From Podarcis bocagei (lineage: Eukaryota), in assembly GCA_964188305.1 (NCBI GenBank), contig OZ076901.1: DNA of 64,000 nt. One strand, given 5' to 3'. The notes beneath the pieces were generated by a model, which worked only from the letters and a program-made list of their open reading frames with translations, was not told the origin of the DNA and did no database searches. Below are positions 13,401 to 28,400 of the stretch, piece after piece. How positions within the stretch are numbered: the first letter of the stretch is position 1; every line of letters starts with the position of its first letter. The translations under genes were made by a program, and so were the position numbers.

Positions 13401-16400
13401 CACAGTCCTTATCCACACCTGACGCTATTTACATCCAGGGCCCAGGGCCCATTTCACGCTCAAGTCCCACAATGTGGTGAAATGAAGCAAATCTCTGAAA
13501 CCTCCAGGGATATTTTTGACGCTTAGACATTACATTCCTGTTGCAGTTTAATGGAGAGGACTGTTGTCTCCTTAATTCTTCTTTATTCCTTAATTTTCAC
13601 TTCTATTTCTAGAAATAGGAACAGTCATTTTGGCATCAGAAAGAAAACACAAACGGATTGCTTTATCTCTCTGCAGGAGATGTTTGTGGTGCTCAGCATC
13701 CCACAGGCTCACCATGTTTTAATTTATCAAGGTATCTGCAGACAGGGATGTATCTGGGAAACACTGATGGCATGTTGCCTAGAAACCGAAGAACTGAAAA
13801 TAGTAATCCAGGCCTCTCTCTGGCTTGATTTGAGCTCTGTTAATTGCACTTCCATGTATTTCTGTGTATGTAACAAAAATGCTTATGCTTTGTAATCAGT
13901 TTGAAGACTACAGATGTCATTCTGTCAGCATCAGGCTATCAGCATAGTGATCTAATTTAGACTTTCTGTTACCTGGGTATCATGATAAGACCAGGATAAG
14001 ATCATGACATGACATGACATCTGGCAGCTCTCCCCCATTTATTGGAATGTAAAAGGAAACACAAAACAACAGATTAAAAGTGATCATGCTTTTGCCCTTC
14101 CTTTGTCTTACATCTTTGCCATCTTAATCTGCTGGAAGGCTTCCATGTTCTCTACATGCCATTTAAAATCAAGGATATTGTATTGTGTTTTTGAGTTCTG
14201 AAAGTCACCTTAAGGGTTGTGCTGAAGAGGAATAAGCCCCATTAATAAGCAAATAGATTAAAATGGGGTCTTTTGGAAAGTTTGGTTGGACTAGATGACC
14301 CCGTGGTCCCTTCCAACTCCACAGTTGTATGATTGCAATCAAGAGCATGAATTTTGGGGGGAAGTGTTGAATTAAATTGTTGCACCAGAGGAAGCCAGCA
14401 CAATATTTTCCATTATTGCAATAGGACTCCCCCCCCCCTACATTCCCCAACTCTTTACAGAGGGTCGGCAGAACTCCCAGAACAGCAAGCGGGAGAGGGA
14501 GTGGAAAGGGGAGATCAGTAAACCAGGAAGCAGAAATTGTTGCACTTATGGAACAATCTCTTAGCGCTTCATTGAATACAACCCTCAGTCTCATACTTTG
14601 TTGGTTTGGACACATGGCCCATTTGGAAGTTTCATGTAGACAAAAAATACTTCCCTATACAGTCGTATCTTGGTTGTCAAATGCCCTGGAACTTGGACGT
14701 TTTGGCTCCCGAACACTGCAAACCCAGAAGTGATTGTTTCAGTTTGCGAAAGTTCTTTTGGAACCCGAACGTCCAACGGTGCTTCCACATCTTCTGATTG
14801 GCTGCAGGAGCTTCCTCAGCTAATCAGAAGCCACGATTTGGTTTCCGAATGTTTTGGAAGTCAAATGGATTTCTGGAATGGATTCCATTTGACTTCCAAG
14901 GTACGATTATAGTTAACTGAACAAGGAAGCCTCTTGCAAAGGTGCCTTATCCTTCGGTACAAAGCAAAGGATGTATGATAGATACCTCATTTGGGAGCTC
15001 ACTGGGTCAGACAAACTTAGATGGAGAGATCAGCGCATTACACTGGTACCTTGGGTTACAAACACTTCGGGTTACAAACACTTCAGGTTACAAACTCCAA
15101 ATAGAAAACAAGTAAAGTAGGGAGACTTAAATGAACAAAAGCTTACTTAGTCATAAGCATCAGTGAAGCATATTTGTGGATATCTTAATTTTTGTTAGGG
15201 AGCCCAGTACAACCCAGTTAAAACATGATTGGGATAAACCTGTTTTGAAGAATTTTGGAATTGGCCATTTCTGGCACAGCTGAATGTTGACAAGGTCCTC
15301 TTATCCATTGTGACAATTAAACTAAAGAATTAGCTGTCAACTAGTGGTACCTGGAGGGCAAATGAGGCTGTTGTATCCATTGTCAGTTCAATGTTAATTC
15401 CCATTCTTGCATGGCGAATGAGCCAGTGAATTGAACATATTGCAGTGACTGCACCCCATCACCCTGTCCCCTTTCTGTTTTCTGCTTTGGTTTGATGTTA
15501 AATGTCACAGTAGGGTGCTCCTGAAATTTAATTATGACAAATACAGCACTACCACACTGTTTGTTTATAAGGCTAGGAAACCCTGGGGGGCAAGAGGCCT
15601 GGACGCCTGCTGAGGTCGTTCTCTGTGACAAGGTGCTTCAATTAGGCAGCGCAGGCAGGTGTTCTTGGCAGTGCCAGGGACGGGGGGGGGGGGGGACTTG
15701 TGCTATGCATGGCTTCATTTTTTGTACAGTGCCTCAGCCTCCTGTTAAAGGAGAATTATAGGAGCTAAACAGAAAAGGGAAAGTGTTGATTATTCTTTGT
15801 ATTTGTGTTCAATCCTTTAAATTCAGCTCCTAATATGTTGGTCAATCTTATAACTCCAAACTGTTTCCTATCCTATCCTGTCTCTGTTTTATGTCAGACC
15901 TTACTATGGTCTATTACTTGGGTTATAGTGTGAATCCAGCAGGAATTGAAGATATGAGAACCTTAAATTCAAAGTGTTGGAGACAAGGACTGGATTTAGA
16001 AATTAGAAAGGAGATGTTATAGTTTAGAAGTATTATGAAAAGCAAGGTTTATACTGTAGAACTAAAAATAATTTTGGCAGTTTTTTCCGTGATATTGCCC
16101 CAACTTCTATGAATCCCTTAATAATAAGCAGACTTCCCTGGGAATGGCATGGGGGGGGGGGGAGTTGAGTGTCTGTGGAGTGGTCATTTTTTAACCAAAA
16201 CAACACATGCTTAAAAGATGCTGATGTTTTGCCTGGAGAATCTGATTTCATCCTACATGGCGGATAGGGATATAGAGCAGGAAACCGATTGTGTAGAATA
16301 GCCGGCAGGGTTGGTATATTGGATGGAATGTTAATGTGTGTCTAATAGTACCTGTCTTGCAATTGATCCTAATCTATGTTCTAGTTTTTCAGTTACAGAT

Positions 16401-19400
16401 TAACTTCACATACTGTTTTGCAATTTGTTGTTGTGATTTACCTTGTTTTTTCCATTCTGTTGCAGACATACAAGTCTATAAAGTTAAAGTTAAACTAAAT
16501 TTAAGGTGGAATTTGCTGTTAGTGTTTATTAGTCAGCAGTAGGGTAGACTTGTATGATAGAGCTCCCCTCCTTTGAACCAAAAACCTTTGGCCCAATCTG
16601 GTCAATGCCATTGAAAAATTGTGATTTGAAGGATCAATCCAGTTAAAAATGGCAGATCAGGAAACATAGCATGGTAGCTTGGGGTTGGTGCCAAGGGTAC
16701 AAACATTTTGGCTGACCTTTGTGGTCATCATGAAACTGCCGCTCTTCCAAAGGGTGAGGTGCAGTTCCTGACCTCACACTGTGCCTCCCAAATGCACCAA
16801 AAGGGTACAACATGGCAGGTGTGGTGGGCATCATTGTGGTGGCCTGAGTGGCAGAAAATTCTCTAAAGGTGCACATCTGTTGCATGTACTTGCAAGTTCC
16901 TCCCATCAAGCAACATCACCTGTGCAGGATATTGGGCTTCCTGACACAATTGTGTCTCAGGCACAAGAAACTTCCAACACTGAACGTAGAACAGATAACC
17001 CAAGCAAATGAACCCAGCCATAGAGTCAATATGTCAAATGTCATGTGTACATATGCAGCATTTAAAAAAATATTTGCTCATTTAACAAATGGGAATCTCT
17101 GAACCTGAATCCTATCCAAAGGGCTATTACTAAATCCACCATATTGAACCCCAAACAAATGGAAGGCAGATACCTCAAAGCAAGCCAAATCATAGACTTG
17201 CAATTCAAGTTAAACACATGCATCTAGCCAGCACTGCTGCCACAAGCAGTCCACCAGTCACAACTGCCCCAAGTTACAAAACTTCAGGATTTGGAGGGAG
17301 TGGGTAGTCCAGTTGGTTCTGTGGTAGTAACTTAGCTGAGCCTGTCCTACTGCTGCCTTCAGTGCTGGAGGCATGAGAAAGCATACAGTTGAAGCTGGCT
17401 GGCTTGGTGACAGCTGCTTTAGACTTTGTGCAAACAGGAACCACATGAATTCATTATCTGAAGCCACACATTGCAGTGATTTGGGTTTCAGTCTTGTCTT
17501 AACAGAAAACAGAAGCACCCCCTGAACTAGCTGTACTTAAAAGATATTTAAGAAATCTCTTACCTGTGTAGTTTCTCGAAGGGCTTCTTTCTATGTGTGT
17601 AGCCAGGAAGAATCTGGGAAGGTGATGCTAAGAGCATCTAATGGTCAACCAACACTGTTGCTTTTTGCTTTTAAGTCCCTCAGGTTCTCAAGAGTTGCAC
17701 TGAATTCATTGAAAAGCATGGCATTGTGGATGGAATATACCGTCTATCTGGGATTGCATCGAATATCCAGAAACTACGGTATGAATGTTTTTTTGTGTTG
17801 TGATTTCAACTGCTAATGTCAGTTTTGGGGTTTGCTGCTGAATGCCATTGAGAATTTATTTCTGGTTTGCTCCTAAAACACTTAATTTTTGACGTATTGT
17901 GTATTTTTCCATGAATCCAAAAGTATCATTGGCTGGGACAGAAACCAGTTGTGTTGCTCTGAGGCCACAATCTATTATTTCAGAATACAGAATGACTGTG
18001 GGATAACAAGTAATTTGCAGTTTATTTATGGCTCTTGTGGATGCAGGCTTCAGAAACAGCAGTTGCCTCTTCTCTGATCCCAGTTGTCTGACTCACCATA
18101 TTAGCTCCTGTGTGTCTAAACCTAGCTAATTTGAAACAGCAATTTCCAGACATGTTATGCAGCATGGAGCAAGCACTGCCATCTGCGGCCCTCTGTAGAT
18201 GGCTTTTGTTTTGTTTTTTTATGGCTCTCTCATCAAGACAGGCCATTGCAGAAGAATTTTCCTCATGTGATTCTTGGCTCTGTGGCTTGCACAGAATCTG
18301 CATACAGTGATTTGGATCTGCAGGGCCATGGTGGCCCTGGGTGGCCCATCATGTTCACAATTTTTCTTTCTAGGTCTTCAGACTGAAAGGAAATGCTATT
18401 TTCATTCTGACAGATGGGGAGCTCTACCTAGCCAGAAATCTGTTGCATATAATAATTGGAATTGCTTGAATTTTGGCTGCATGAACGTTGAGTATATATC
18501 ATGAAATCAATTTCATGGAGTGTTCCAGATTACAGGCAGTTTGATTGTTGAGCACGCTTAGTGGTTTTATAGCCAACTAAAATGGCTCCCAAGAAGCTAT
18601 TTCAACTAGCAAAAATGTGAACCTGTAGGACCACAGATTTTTGTGGCTTGAGGTTTGAGGCATTTGTTTCTTCCTGTAAACAAAGTCCTTTTCATCTTTT
18701 GAGTATATATTATCCTCTTTTCTCTCTCTTTATTTCCCTTTGTCTCCAGGCATGAGTTTGACTCTGAGCAAATCCCTGACTTGACAAAAGATGTATACAT
18801 TCAGGATATACATTGTGTGGGCTCGCTCTGTAAGCTCTATTTCCGAGAACTCCCAAATCCTCTGCTCACCTATCAGCTCTATGAGAAATTTTCAGTAAGT
18901 GCAAGACGGGACTCCTATTTTTACTGCCTGGGCAGCATTAGTGGGAGTCACACTTCAAAAATATCTCCCCTTTTCATTGCATTTAACAGTAGCTAAATTA
19001 AACTCCCATCTAAAGAACTGGCACGCTTCCTGTATATAATTGTTACATGAGTATTCATTCACAGTTCTTCCGGTGCAACTCATGACCTTATCTTTTGCGC
19101 TTGATGTGCCCCCGGAAACAGGATCTGGGGGGAAAGCCTCAAGGATATCTAGAATTTCCAACGATATAGGTCAATATCTTTCAACCTCAAAGGGAAGCAT
19201 GCTCAGTTGTCAGAGCAGTGCAGTGCACCAGATGAACTTCGATTGAAGAGACCAGGGTTCAAATCCCCTACCAAATGATGTAGCTCAGTGGGTGACCTTG
19301 GGCTAATCAGTCTCTGTTGCAGTACTGTTGTGAGGGTTAAAATAGGGAACAACTGCACATACGCTTCCCTAACCAGTAGCAGTCCGGGTGGAATTCCAAA

Positions 19401-22400
19401 GCAATAAATAATATCGTTGCATTCTAATGTAGGAGCAATACCTGCCTTGCAACGCCATGCTTGCTACATTGGATACTGAAAGTGTCCGTTCATTCTCAGC
19501 CTCATTGAACTGTGACTTCCATGCTGATTGCCATACTAGCAGGACAGCGTTCTGAAGCCACCCAGATAGGTGGCACCTTGCAGCAAATGCATGGCATTGA
19601 GGTTTGTTGCTTTTGTTCCTTTCTAGGATGCTGTGTCTGCTGCTACAGATGAAGAACGATTAGTCAAAATCCATGATGTCATCCAGCAGTTGCCCCCACC
19701 TCACTACAGGTTTGCATCATCAGCTCTTTCTCAATGCACATTCTTTTTTTAAGTTCTCATACCCTGCTGGGTGCCTTTGATTGTGCAACACTATGCCCCC
19801 TTTTCCATGCAGTTTTGGCAACACACCTCTGCCTCTCCCGGGACACAGAGACAGACCAAGACTATTCACGCTAATCTAAATTCACATTGTATTATGTGTG
19901 GGGGCCTGAGTTGATGTCTTCCTTTCGAAAGTGCTTTGCACATTCAATGTACAATTATATAATCATTCTTAAAAGGAAGGTTGACATTTTCTGTTCGCTT
20001 TCCAATTTATACCCCCTAAGATGGCTGGCATATTGAAGCAGCATTATTCTTGCATCTATCAAATTAAATGGTTGGGTGCATGCTGAAGGATTTGTATCTG
20101 CATAAAGTTGACTTCGACTTTAATTAGATCTGTAACAAGACAAACAACATATATTCTGCATAATTGTAGCTGACATTATGAAAAGCATGCTGTGAGAGGG
20201 GGCGAAGAATGGGGGCCGTAATAGCAGAACTGTCTCATTTTGTTAAGGAAAGGAGAGGTCATTAGATCTGCAAGGTATTTTAATGGAGGCAGGAAGGAGG
20301 CCCTGTAGAAACAAGAAAATCCAGGGTGTGAAATGGAAAGAAATTGCAAGAAATGTAGGTATGGCATCTTGCTTTTTAGGCAAAATTCTGCAAATTTGAT
20401 TGCCAGTTAAGGTGAACTATATAAAATGCTAATGTAAGCATAAATATGCCTGACTATAGCTGGGACAGCAGATGTGCTCAGCTGCCAGCAGGGAACGAGG
20501 ACAGCTCACTGAGTAGAGCTTCAGTGCAACCCACATTAAGGGCAGTAGGGAATGCTGGCAAAAATGAGTCAGGAAAGTGGTTGGGAAGCCTGCAAAACCT
20601 TTCAAGGCTTTCTCTGGCGAGGCTTACAGCACTTGGCTGCTTTTAGCATCTGTGGACATGCAGGGTCTGTGGTGGTGGCGGTGGAGATACAGTAAAACAG
20701 AAATCATTCCTTGGTAACTTGGAGAAGGCACCAGGCCATTTCTGTGTTCCATACGAGAAGCTGGTTCCTCCTTTGTTATACAATGTACACGTCTTAATGT
20801 GAACAGGAGAAGATTCAAGTTTTCCCTAGGGTGTCTGTGGTTTTCTTGGGAGGTCTTGGCATGCTAAAACCCCCTTAGAATGAACTGAGGATTGTTGTTG
20901 CTGTGGCTCATTACGGGCCGCTGGCCTCCTTGCTCTGCTCCTAATAACCTCATAGACCAAGATAGCACAGAATTACCCTCCTCCACCACTACACATAGCA
21001 TTGTATTTTATAGGAAACCTATAATCAATAACATGCCTAAGTTCCCCCCTTGCATGGCCAGGTTTGAGCCTTCAGTGTATGTGCTGTAACCTGGGGTGTA
21101 CTCGTTTTATTCTGAAATCGGATCATCAAGACACCCTGTGGCTGTGTGTGGTTGTATCCCTGGACCCTCTACCACATTATTCTTCAACAGACTATAGACC
21201 TTCAAATTCCCAGTTAAACATTTCTGTTAATTATGATCCAAGCACAGAAGAAGAACCTGGTTGTCAGTATTCCTTTCTCAACACTTTAGCTGGATGAATA
21301 TTGCAAACACTCCCTCTAGTGGCCACCAGAGAATGATGAAGCTTCCGTAAAATTTCCCTGAAGCCTGGTTGATGGAATAAATTAACAACCTTTCTGCCAC
21401 AATGCAGTGAGGTGCGGAGCAGATGAGCATGGCTTTGGGGAAGTGGTCTCACCAGCCATACTGGGACCTCTGGCAGGCCCAATAAGGCTTGTGGGTCAAT
21501 GGACTTTTCAGAATATTGGGCCTTGTTCAGGGCACATTTTTATAGCACTTCAGTTTGCTGCTAAACAAATCCATATCAATGCCATTCTTTTTTTCTGTTT
21601 TGCAAAGTGTAGGACAATAACCTGAGGTGGTAAAGGTAAAGGTAAAGGTACCCCTGCCCGTACGGGCCAGTCTTGCCAGACTCTAGGGTTGTGCGCCCAT
21701 CTCACTCAAGAGGCCGGGGGCCAGCGCTGTCCGAAGACACTTCCGGGTCACGTGGCCAGCGTGACATTGCTGCTCTGGCGAACCAGAGCCGCACACGGAA
21801 ACGCCGTTTACCTTCCCGCTTGTAAGCGGTCCCTATTTATCTACTTGCACCCGGGGGTGCTTTCGAACTGCTAGGTTGGCAGGCGCTGGGACCGAACGAC
21901 GGGAGCGCACCCCGCCGCAGGGATTCGAACCGCCGACCTTTCGATCGGCAAGCCCTAGGCGCTGAGGCTTTTACCCACAGCGCCACCTGCGTCCCTCAGG
22001 GGTGGTACCTCAGGTTAAGTACTTAATTCGTTCCGGAGGTCCGTTCTTAACCTGAAACTGTTCTTAACCTGAAGCACCATTTAGGTAATGGGGCCTCCTG
22101 CTGCTGCTGCTCCGCCGGAGCACAATTTCTGTTCTCATCCTGAAGCAAAGTTCTTAACCCGAGGTACTATTTCTGGGTTAGCAGAGTCTGTAACCTGAAG
22201 CGTATGTAACCCGAGGTACCACTGTACTAACTTGTGTGATACTCTTGCTTTCACCACTAACAGCTCTCCTTCATTTTCCAGGACTCTGGAGTTCCTAATG
22301 AGGCATTTGGCTCACCTCGCTGATTACTGTGCCATCACCAACATGCACACAAAGAACTTAGCGATTGTCTGGGCACCAAATCTGCTGAGGTACCTTTTTT

Positions 22401-25400
22401 TATTTGATTGAAGATGAGGTATCTTAGCCAGGATAGCCTTATGTTTCGTTTACACTCAGCATCCAGGACCTGCTGAGCTGAACGATGGTGGTGGAGGGGG
22501 CTTTGGTCTTCTTGATTTTGATGGAACCTTGCATGTTCAACATTGGACCTTTTTGTACACATGAAACAAAGCAGTGGGTGAAGAAGAATCTGGAGTCCTC
22601 ATACACAGAGATGTCCCTGGGACTCTGGGGAGCATGGCTAAGCTGGACAGGGAGACATGTGCCCTCAGCCCAGTTAGATGCATTGTGCAGGAAATGTCAG
22701 GTGATTGGAGAGAAGAGAAGATTGCTAGCGCAACCCAGGAAACTGAGGGGGCAAAGAGAGAATGACTTCCCATACTACTCCTTGTTCCCCCAAGGATGAG
22801 GAACAAGAATTTGCCAGCAAAGCTGCCTCCTAGCCAGTGATCATGTCAGCTGGCCCTCCAGCCAGTTGGGCAGCTAATCAGATTCACTTGCATCCTGTAA
22901 GGCAGGGCTGAATAGGATATTTTTTTAAGCTCATTGAATGCTCCAACCTGTGAGCAACATCAATAAAAGGTACTTGCCTGCGTTTACCTTGCAAGACTTG
23001 GATTTCCCTCTTGGTTTGCACTGTCTTGAGGGATGGCTTGCCAGCCTCCATTACAATACGTATTGCTGAGAGCTGGTTCAGCATGTAGGCTCAGGCATGC
23101 AGCTTACACCTTTTAAAATATATATGGAAGCAAGCCCTCCTCAGGTGAACTATGCAGCCCTCCTTTGCAAGGGACAGATTGTGCAAGTGGGGAACACTGT
23201 ATTCACGTAGGAGTTTACATAGATTCATAGACTCATAGAGTTGGAAGGGACCCTGAGGATCATTTAGTCCAACCCCCTGCAATGCAGGAATATGCAGTTG
23301 TCCCATATAGGGATCAAACCTGCAACCTTGGCATTATCAGCACCACACTCTAACGAACTAAGCTTTTAATACATCACCCTCTCACATAGCATCAACATGC
23401 AGTAGGAGAGGGTGTGCAAGCCAGAGGCCCTAGGCTCTGCAGCAATGTGTGCACAGTGCGGCTGCTTTTTAGACTTTTACAGTTTGTCTTTCCATCATTG
23501 GAAATACCCTCTTTTTCCAGTCTTTTATTGCAAGGATAAGTTTGCTTCCCTGTTAGTAGCTGGAGAATTCATGAATCCATTAGCATCTTTCCATTCTCAC
23601 CTAGACAAATAACTTTCTCCACCTGCAGTGCTTAAAGTTTTTTGCAGAGCAGTTTGGGCACTGTATGAACATTGCTAATTAGAGCAAAGGAGTTCAGAAA
23701 GAACCAGGACAGCAGTTTCAAAGAAAGTAGCCTTCTTTGTGAATGGGAGTCACCAAACAATGTTTGTCCTTGTGCAAGAAGGAGAGAAGCCTGTTGTGTT
23801 GTACATCAAGTTATTCTGCTGATCCAGAGTTCCCCCTGCTTGGTTGTTGCTAACATCTCATCTCTCATGTTTTTCCTTAGATCAAAGCAGATAGAATCTG
23901 CTTGCTTCAGTGGAACGGCTGCTTTTATGGAGGTGCGAATTCAGTCAGTGGTTGTGGAATTCATTCTCAATCATGTGGATGTCCTTTTTAGCTCCAAACT
24001 AAGCTCTGTGATTCGAGAAAGTGCAGGTATGTTTCCCCAGGGAAGAGACAGCAGGTTAAAATTCAAAGAGTTCCAAAATTTGCAAAATATGTATAGAGCG
24101 GCATCAAAGTGTGTCATTTTCATACTTCACTGCCTAAATGAAGAAATGCAGGCTTTTTGTTGTCTCTTATTATCCCTCCCTACACTGCGAGCTAATGATG
24201 CTTAACAAATTTATAAAATGGAAGCATAGGAAGGTGACCCCTGTTAACTGTCATGATCCATGCTGATCATAGCGCTTTAAATTCTAAAAGCTTTCATAAC
24301 AAATTTTTGCTTCACATGACGTATACTCTTCTGGTTTTACATTCTCTCTAGGGTATTGTGTCTAGTTTTGTTTCCCTTGGCAAAAGCTGGAATACAGGCA
24401 GAGAATAATAACTTTAAGATAACCAGTAATTAATAGCAGGTAGCATTATTATACAGGAGTTGAAAGGGTGGCAACTAAGGAGGCCCAGAAGAAAGCAGGC
24501 CAGGGTAAGGCAAGGGGTAGGGAAAACTGCACAACATGGCAATGCTTCTAGCAACTGGCTCCAACCACAGCCTGATGCATCCTGGCCTCCCAACTGCAGG
24601 TGTCGGAATTTGTTCTACACTTGAGAAGTGTTGCTGCTTGCAAGCCCTTTACTCAAGAATCATGCAGCAACATTGGGCTTTCAGGTTTGAGTCAGCCAGG
24701 GGTTCTTCTGTCGGCAACCCAACCCAAGGATTATTTGAGAGCATCCCCTGGAGGTGGCATCAGTGCTTGCTTCAGAGAGCTCTGTCTACTCACCTGAGTT
24801 GTCAATCATTGGAAGGTCTGGGTCGCCATCAAAGGATTTGTTGGCTGAGGTTGCATCTGGGCCCAGTATGACTCCTGCACACAGACTTTCCTAACTCATC
24901 TCTAGCAGGTCCTGCTTTCAGTTATCCAAGCAATCTCTCTTCTGGAAAACAAAGTAGTTGGCATGCTCGTTAGTCTTGAAAATGGACTGTGGAAATTCAT
25001 ATAATTGTCCTGATTATTGTACTGGCTTAGGTTTAATTTGTGGATAAAACTTGCACACACACGTTTACTGTGTGATGTGACAAGGAGCACTCAACGCCCA
25101 TTAGGCAGTTTGCATTTGGGTGGCATGTAGGCTGACCGAATGTGTTTGAAGCAAATGGAGAGCTTCAAATGTCCAGTTTGCTATGGCTTTAAAAGCAAGT
25201 TGTCAGTCCAGTCTTATTCCTACTAAAGTGTCATCTAAAGGGCAGGGAAAATAACATTATAAAATCAACTGATTGTTCTTAAACTCATACCAAACCTATT
25301 CTCATTCTACAAGCAAGTTTCGTAATGCAACTGTGGTCCTGTATTCATCTTGTTTTCGTGCTTTCAAAGTACCAAACAATCATATGTTCTGTTTTGGTGT

Positions 25401-28400
25401 GGATGTAGGGAACAAAGTGCTGTACTCTACAAACCTCTCTCCTGAACTGCTGCACAGGTTTGTCGTTGCTTCTTCCCCTGGTGCCTTATCTTCATCTGCC
25501 CTTATTTTGCATTTTTCTGGCAGGTCACAGTTCCTTGTCACGGCCGAAATCCCTGCTGGTGTCTTCGCCCTCCACAAAGCTGCTCACCTTGGAGGAAGCA
25601 CAAGCAAGAACTCAGGCCCAGATAAACTCCCCAATCGTGGCAGACAGCAAGTACATTGAAGTGGGTGAAGGACCTGCTGCTCTGCAGGGAAAATTCCACA
25701 CAATCATAGACTTCCCATCTGAAAGGTAGAGGCAGTTTTCTTTAGAAGACATGTGCCCATTGTTATTGCTTTTAAGCTACAGGACTGACTTGCGTAGGGG
25801 AATTGTTGCAGCTGACTGTATGGCTGCTGTGCATTGCCTTTCTAATGATCACTTTCAAATTATCAATAGCAGAGTTTGCTGGGGGCGGGGGGAGTTGCCT
25901 TATACTTGGTCAATCTCCAGAGTCTTTGTTGGCTGTTTTGTTGAAAGATTCCTAAGTGTGTCAGTTTTAGACGGTTTGTGATTGCTGGCTGTTTGTTTGC
26001 TTATGCCACTCAGTGAGTATATTTTATATTCTGTAACTTTTTTTATTCAATTAGTGGTTGGTGGTCGATTGATAAATTAGATGTTGATTTTTCCTAAATA
26101 TTGGCAAGCTTTTCAGAGCTCTTTCTGGATTGGAGGTTGCAGAACATTCTTTTGACCGGACAGCGCCTCCCCCTGAACTTGATTGGCAGGGTCTTCAGAG
26201 CCTTTTCCCTCCCAGGGGGTGTAGTCATCCCACCTCCAGAGCTACCCTGCCTATGGCTGTGTTTGGTTGGGTAGTTTCTTCTCTGGTGAAAATTCTTGTT
26301 GTTGAGCCTTTTTCAGCCCCCCCCCCCCCGTTTCCAATTTCCTTTTTTTCTGAGCTAATTTGAGAATCCATCACTGCTTACTTTTACCATCAACACAAGC
26401 CCTTCCCATTACCGACAAACCACCCTTCCTATTGTTTTACTTCTTTGCCAGTCAGTGATGATTGGATCTGCAGTGGTGGGTGCATGAAAAGAGAAGAGGG
26501 GAAGGATTTTCTCCCTTCCCATCTCCCTAATGTCCTACATAACAGTTTGTTAGCACAAAACTCATGAGAGAGAGTTATTGAGAGACCCTTGGGCTTCAGG
26601 AGCAAACATTGTTAATCAGCTTGTGCACCACCACCACTGTTCCCATTGCTTGCCTGGTACACTTGCTAGGGGGGGGGCTGTTATAGAGTGGCAGGTGGGG
26701 GGATCTGTTCATAAGCATGGGGGGTTTTAGAAGCTTGCCTCTCTTTAAAGTCCTTAAATTTATCTCTTGCATGAATTTTGCCAGCACTTGAAGCTCTAAT
26801 CTTGATGGGTCACACATCTACTGGGGGTTGGTTTGCTCCTCTGTTGTAATAACAGGGCACCAAACATAGAATGGGCAGCTACCAAAAAAGAAAAAAGCTG
26901 ACACTTTCTCCCTCCCTTTCTAGCAATATCTTTGGCAGTGTGTGACATCCCTGGGGTGTGAATCTAACCGTTGCCTTTGTGTCCTGCTTGTGGGCTTCTC
27001 ACAATGGGTGTCTGGGTGGCCATTGTGAAAACAGACTGCTGGAATAGATAGGCATTTGCTCTGATCCAGCTGAGCAGCTCTTACTTACTTTTAGTATTTT
27101 TATACCATATTTCTGAAAAAGGCCATGGTTGTTTATTTTTATACCATATTTCTGAAAAAGGTCGTGGTTGTTTATAACAGATCAAGGTGAGGGGGTGGAA
27201 TCCCAACAGTGAGACAGGATAGGGTCTTTTCAGTAGTGGTGCCTTTGCTGTGGTTGTCCAAAGACCTGAGCCTAAGAGCAGGAAGGGGTAAGGGAAGCAG
27301 ATCCTTCTGTCAACCTTCTTCACCTGACATTTTTGCATTGGGTGCTGTCAGCATTGAGTTGCTCAAGTTGGATCACAGACACAGTTTTAAAGTCTGGTAT
27401 TCTTTGCTATCTCCCTACCTTTATATGCCTCTATCTATCTAGTGGCTTTTTATGTTTGCCTTTATTTTGTAAGGGATGTGCAGCAAAGTTACTACTGTAG
27501 ATGATTTTCTTCTTCTTTTTGCAGCCAGGTATGCTTTGCCACAATTAGAGATTTCTCACAATCTGTTAAGTGCAAATTCCTTCTTGCTGTCTCACTTCAG
27601 AAAGAGACCACCCAGTAAGATGAAGAAATCTCCTGTTGGCAGCTGGCGCTCCTTTTTCAACCTGGGGAAGTCGTCTTCTCTCTCCAAACGGAAGCTGCAG
27701 CGCAACCCAAGTGAGCCCTCTGAAATGAAGGCAATAGCCCTTGCAGGTATGTGGACCTCTTAGCCAGGGCAGTAGAGATTCTAAGCCAGAAACTATTGCA
27801 ACGTTAACTTTGACTTCATGTGGAATGCAGGGAAGTCAATCAAAGAGCAGCTACACTTGTAGTTTTAATCTTGAACAGTTTGAAAGCTGTTCAATACTGT
27901 GATTCAGATCACCTTGATGTTCTAAGGCAGTGGTCAGCAACCTTTTTCAGCCATGGGCCGGTCCACCGTCCCTCAGACCATGTGGTGGGCCAGACGATAT
28001 TTTTTGGGGGGGAGGGGGGAATGAACAAATTCCTATGCCCCACAAATAACCCAGAGATGCATTTTAAATAAAAGGACACATTCTACTCATGTAAAAATCC
28101 TGGACCGTCTGTGGGCCGGATTGAGAAGGCGATTGGGCCGCATCCAGCCCACGGGGCCTTAGGTTGCCTACGCCTGTTCTAAGGACTCTTAAAATAAAAA
28201 GTGTCCCTCTTACGGAAGAAAAACAAATATCTGTGTCTGAGAATATGTTCGCATTTATTAAATGCATAAAAATATTTTTTGTAATCCAGGAGGGCGAGGA
28301 GACAGTGGGACCCTGCGCTCAGCTAAGAGTGAAGAGTCTCTCTCGTCTTTACATGCTATAGATGGTAAGATGGAGAAAAGGTCTTTGGTCTGATTCACCT

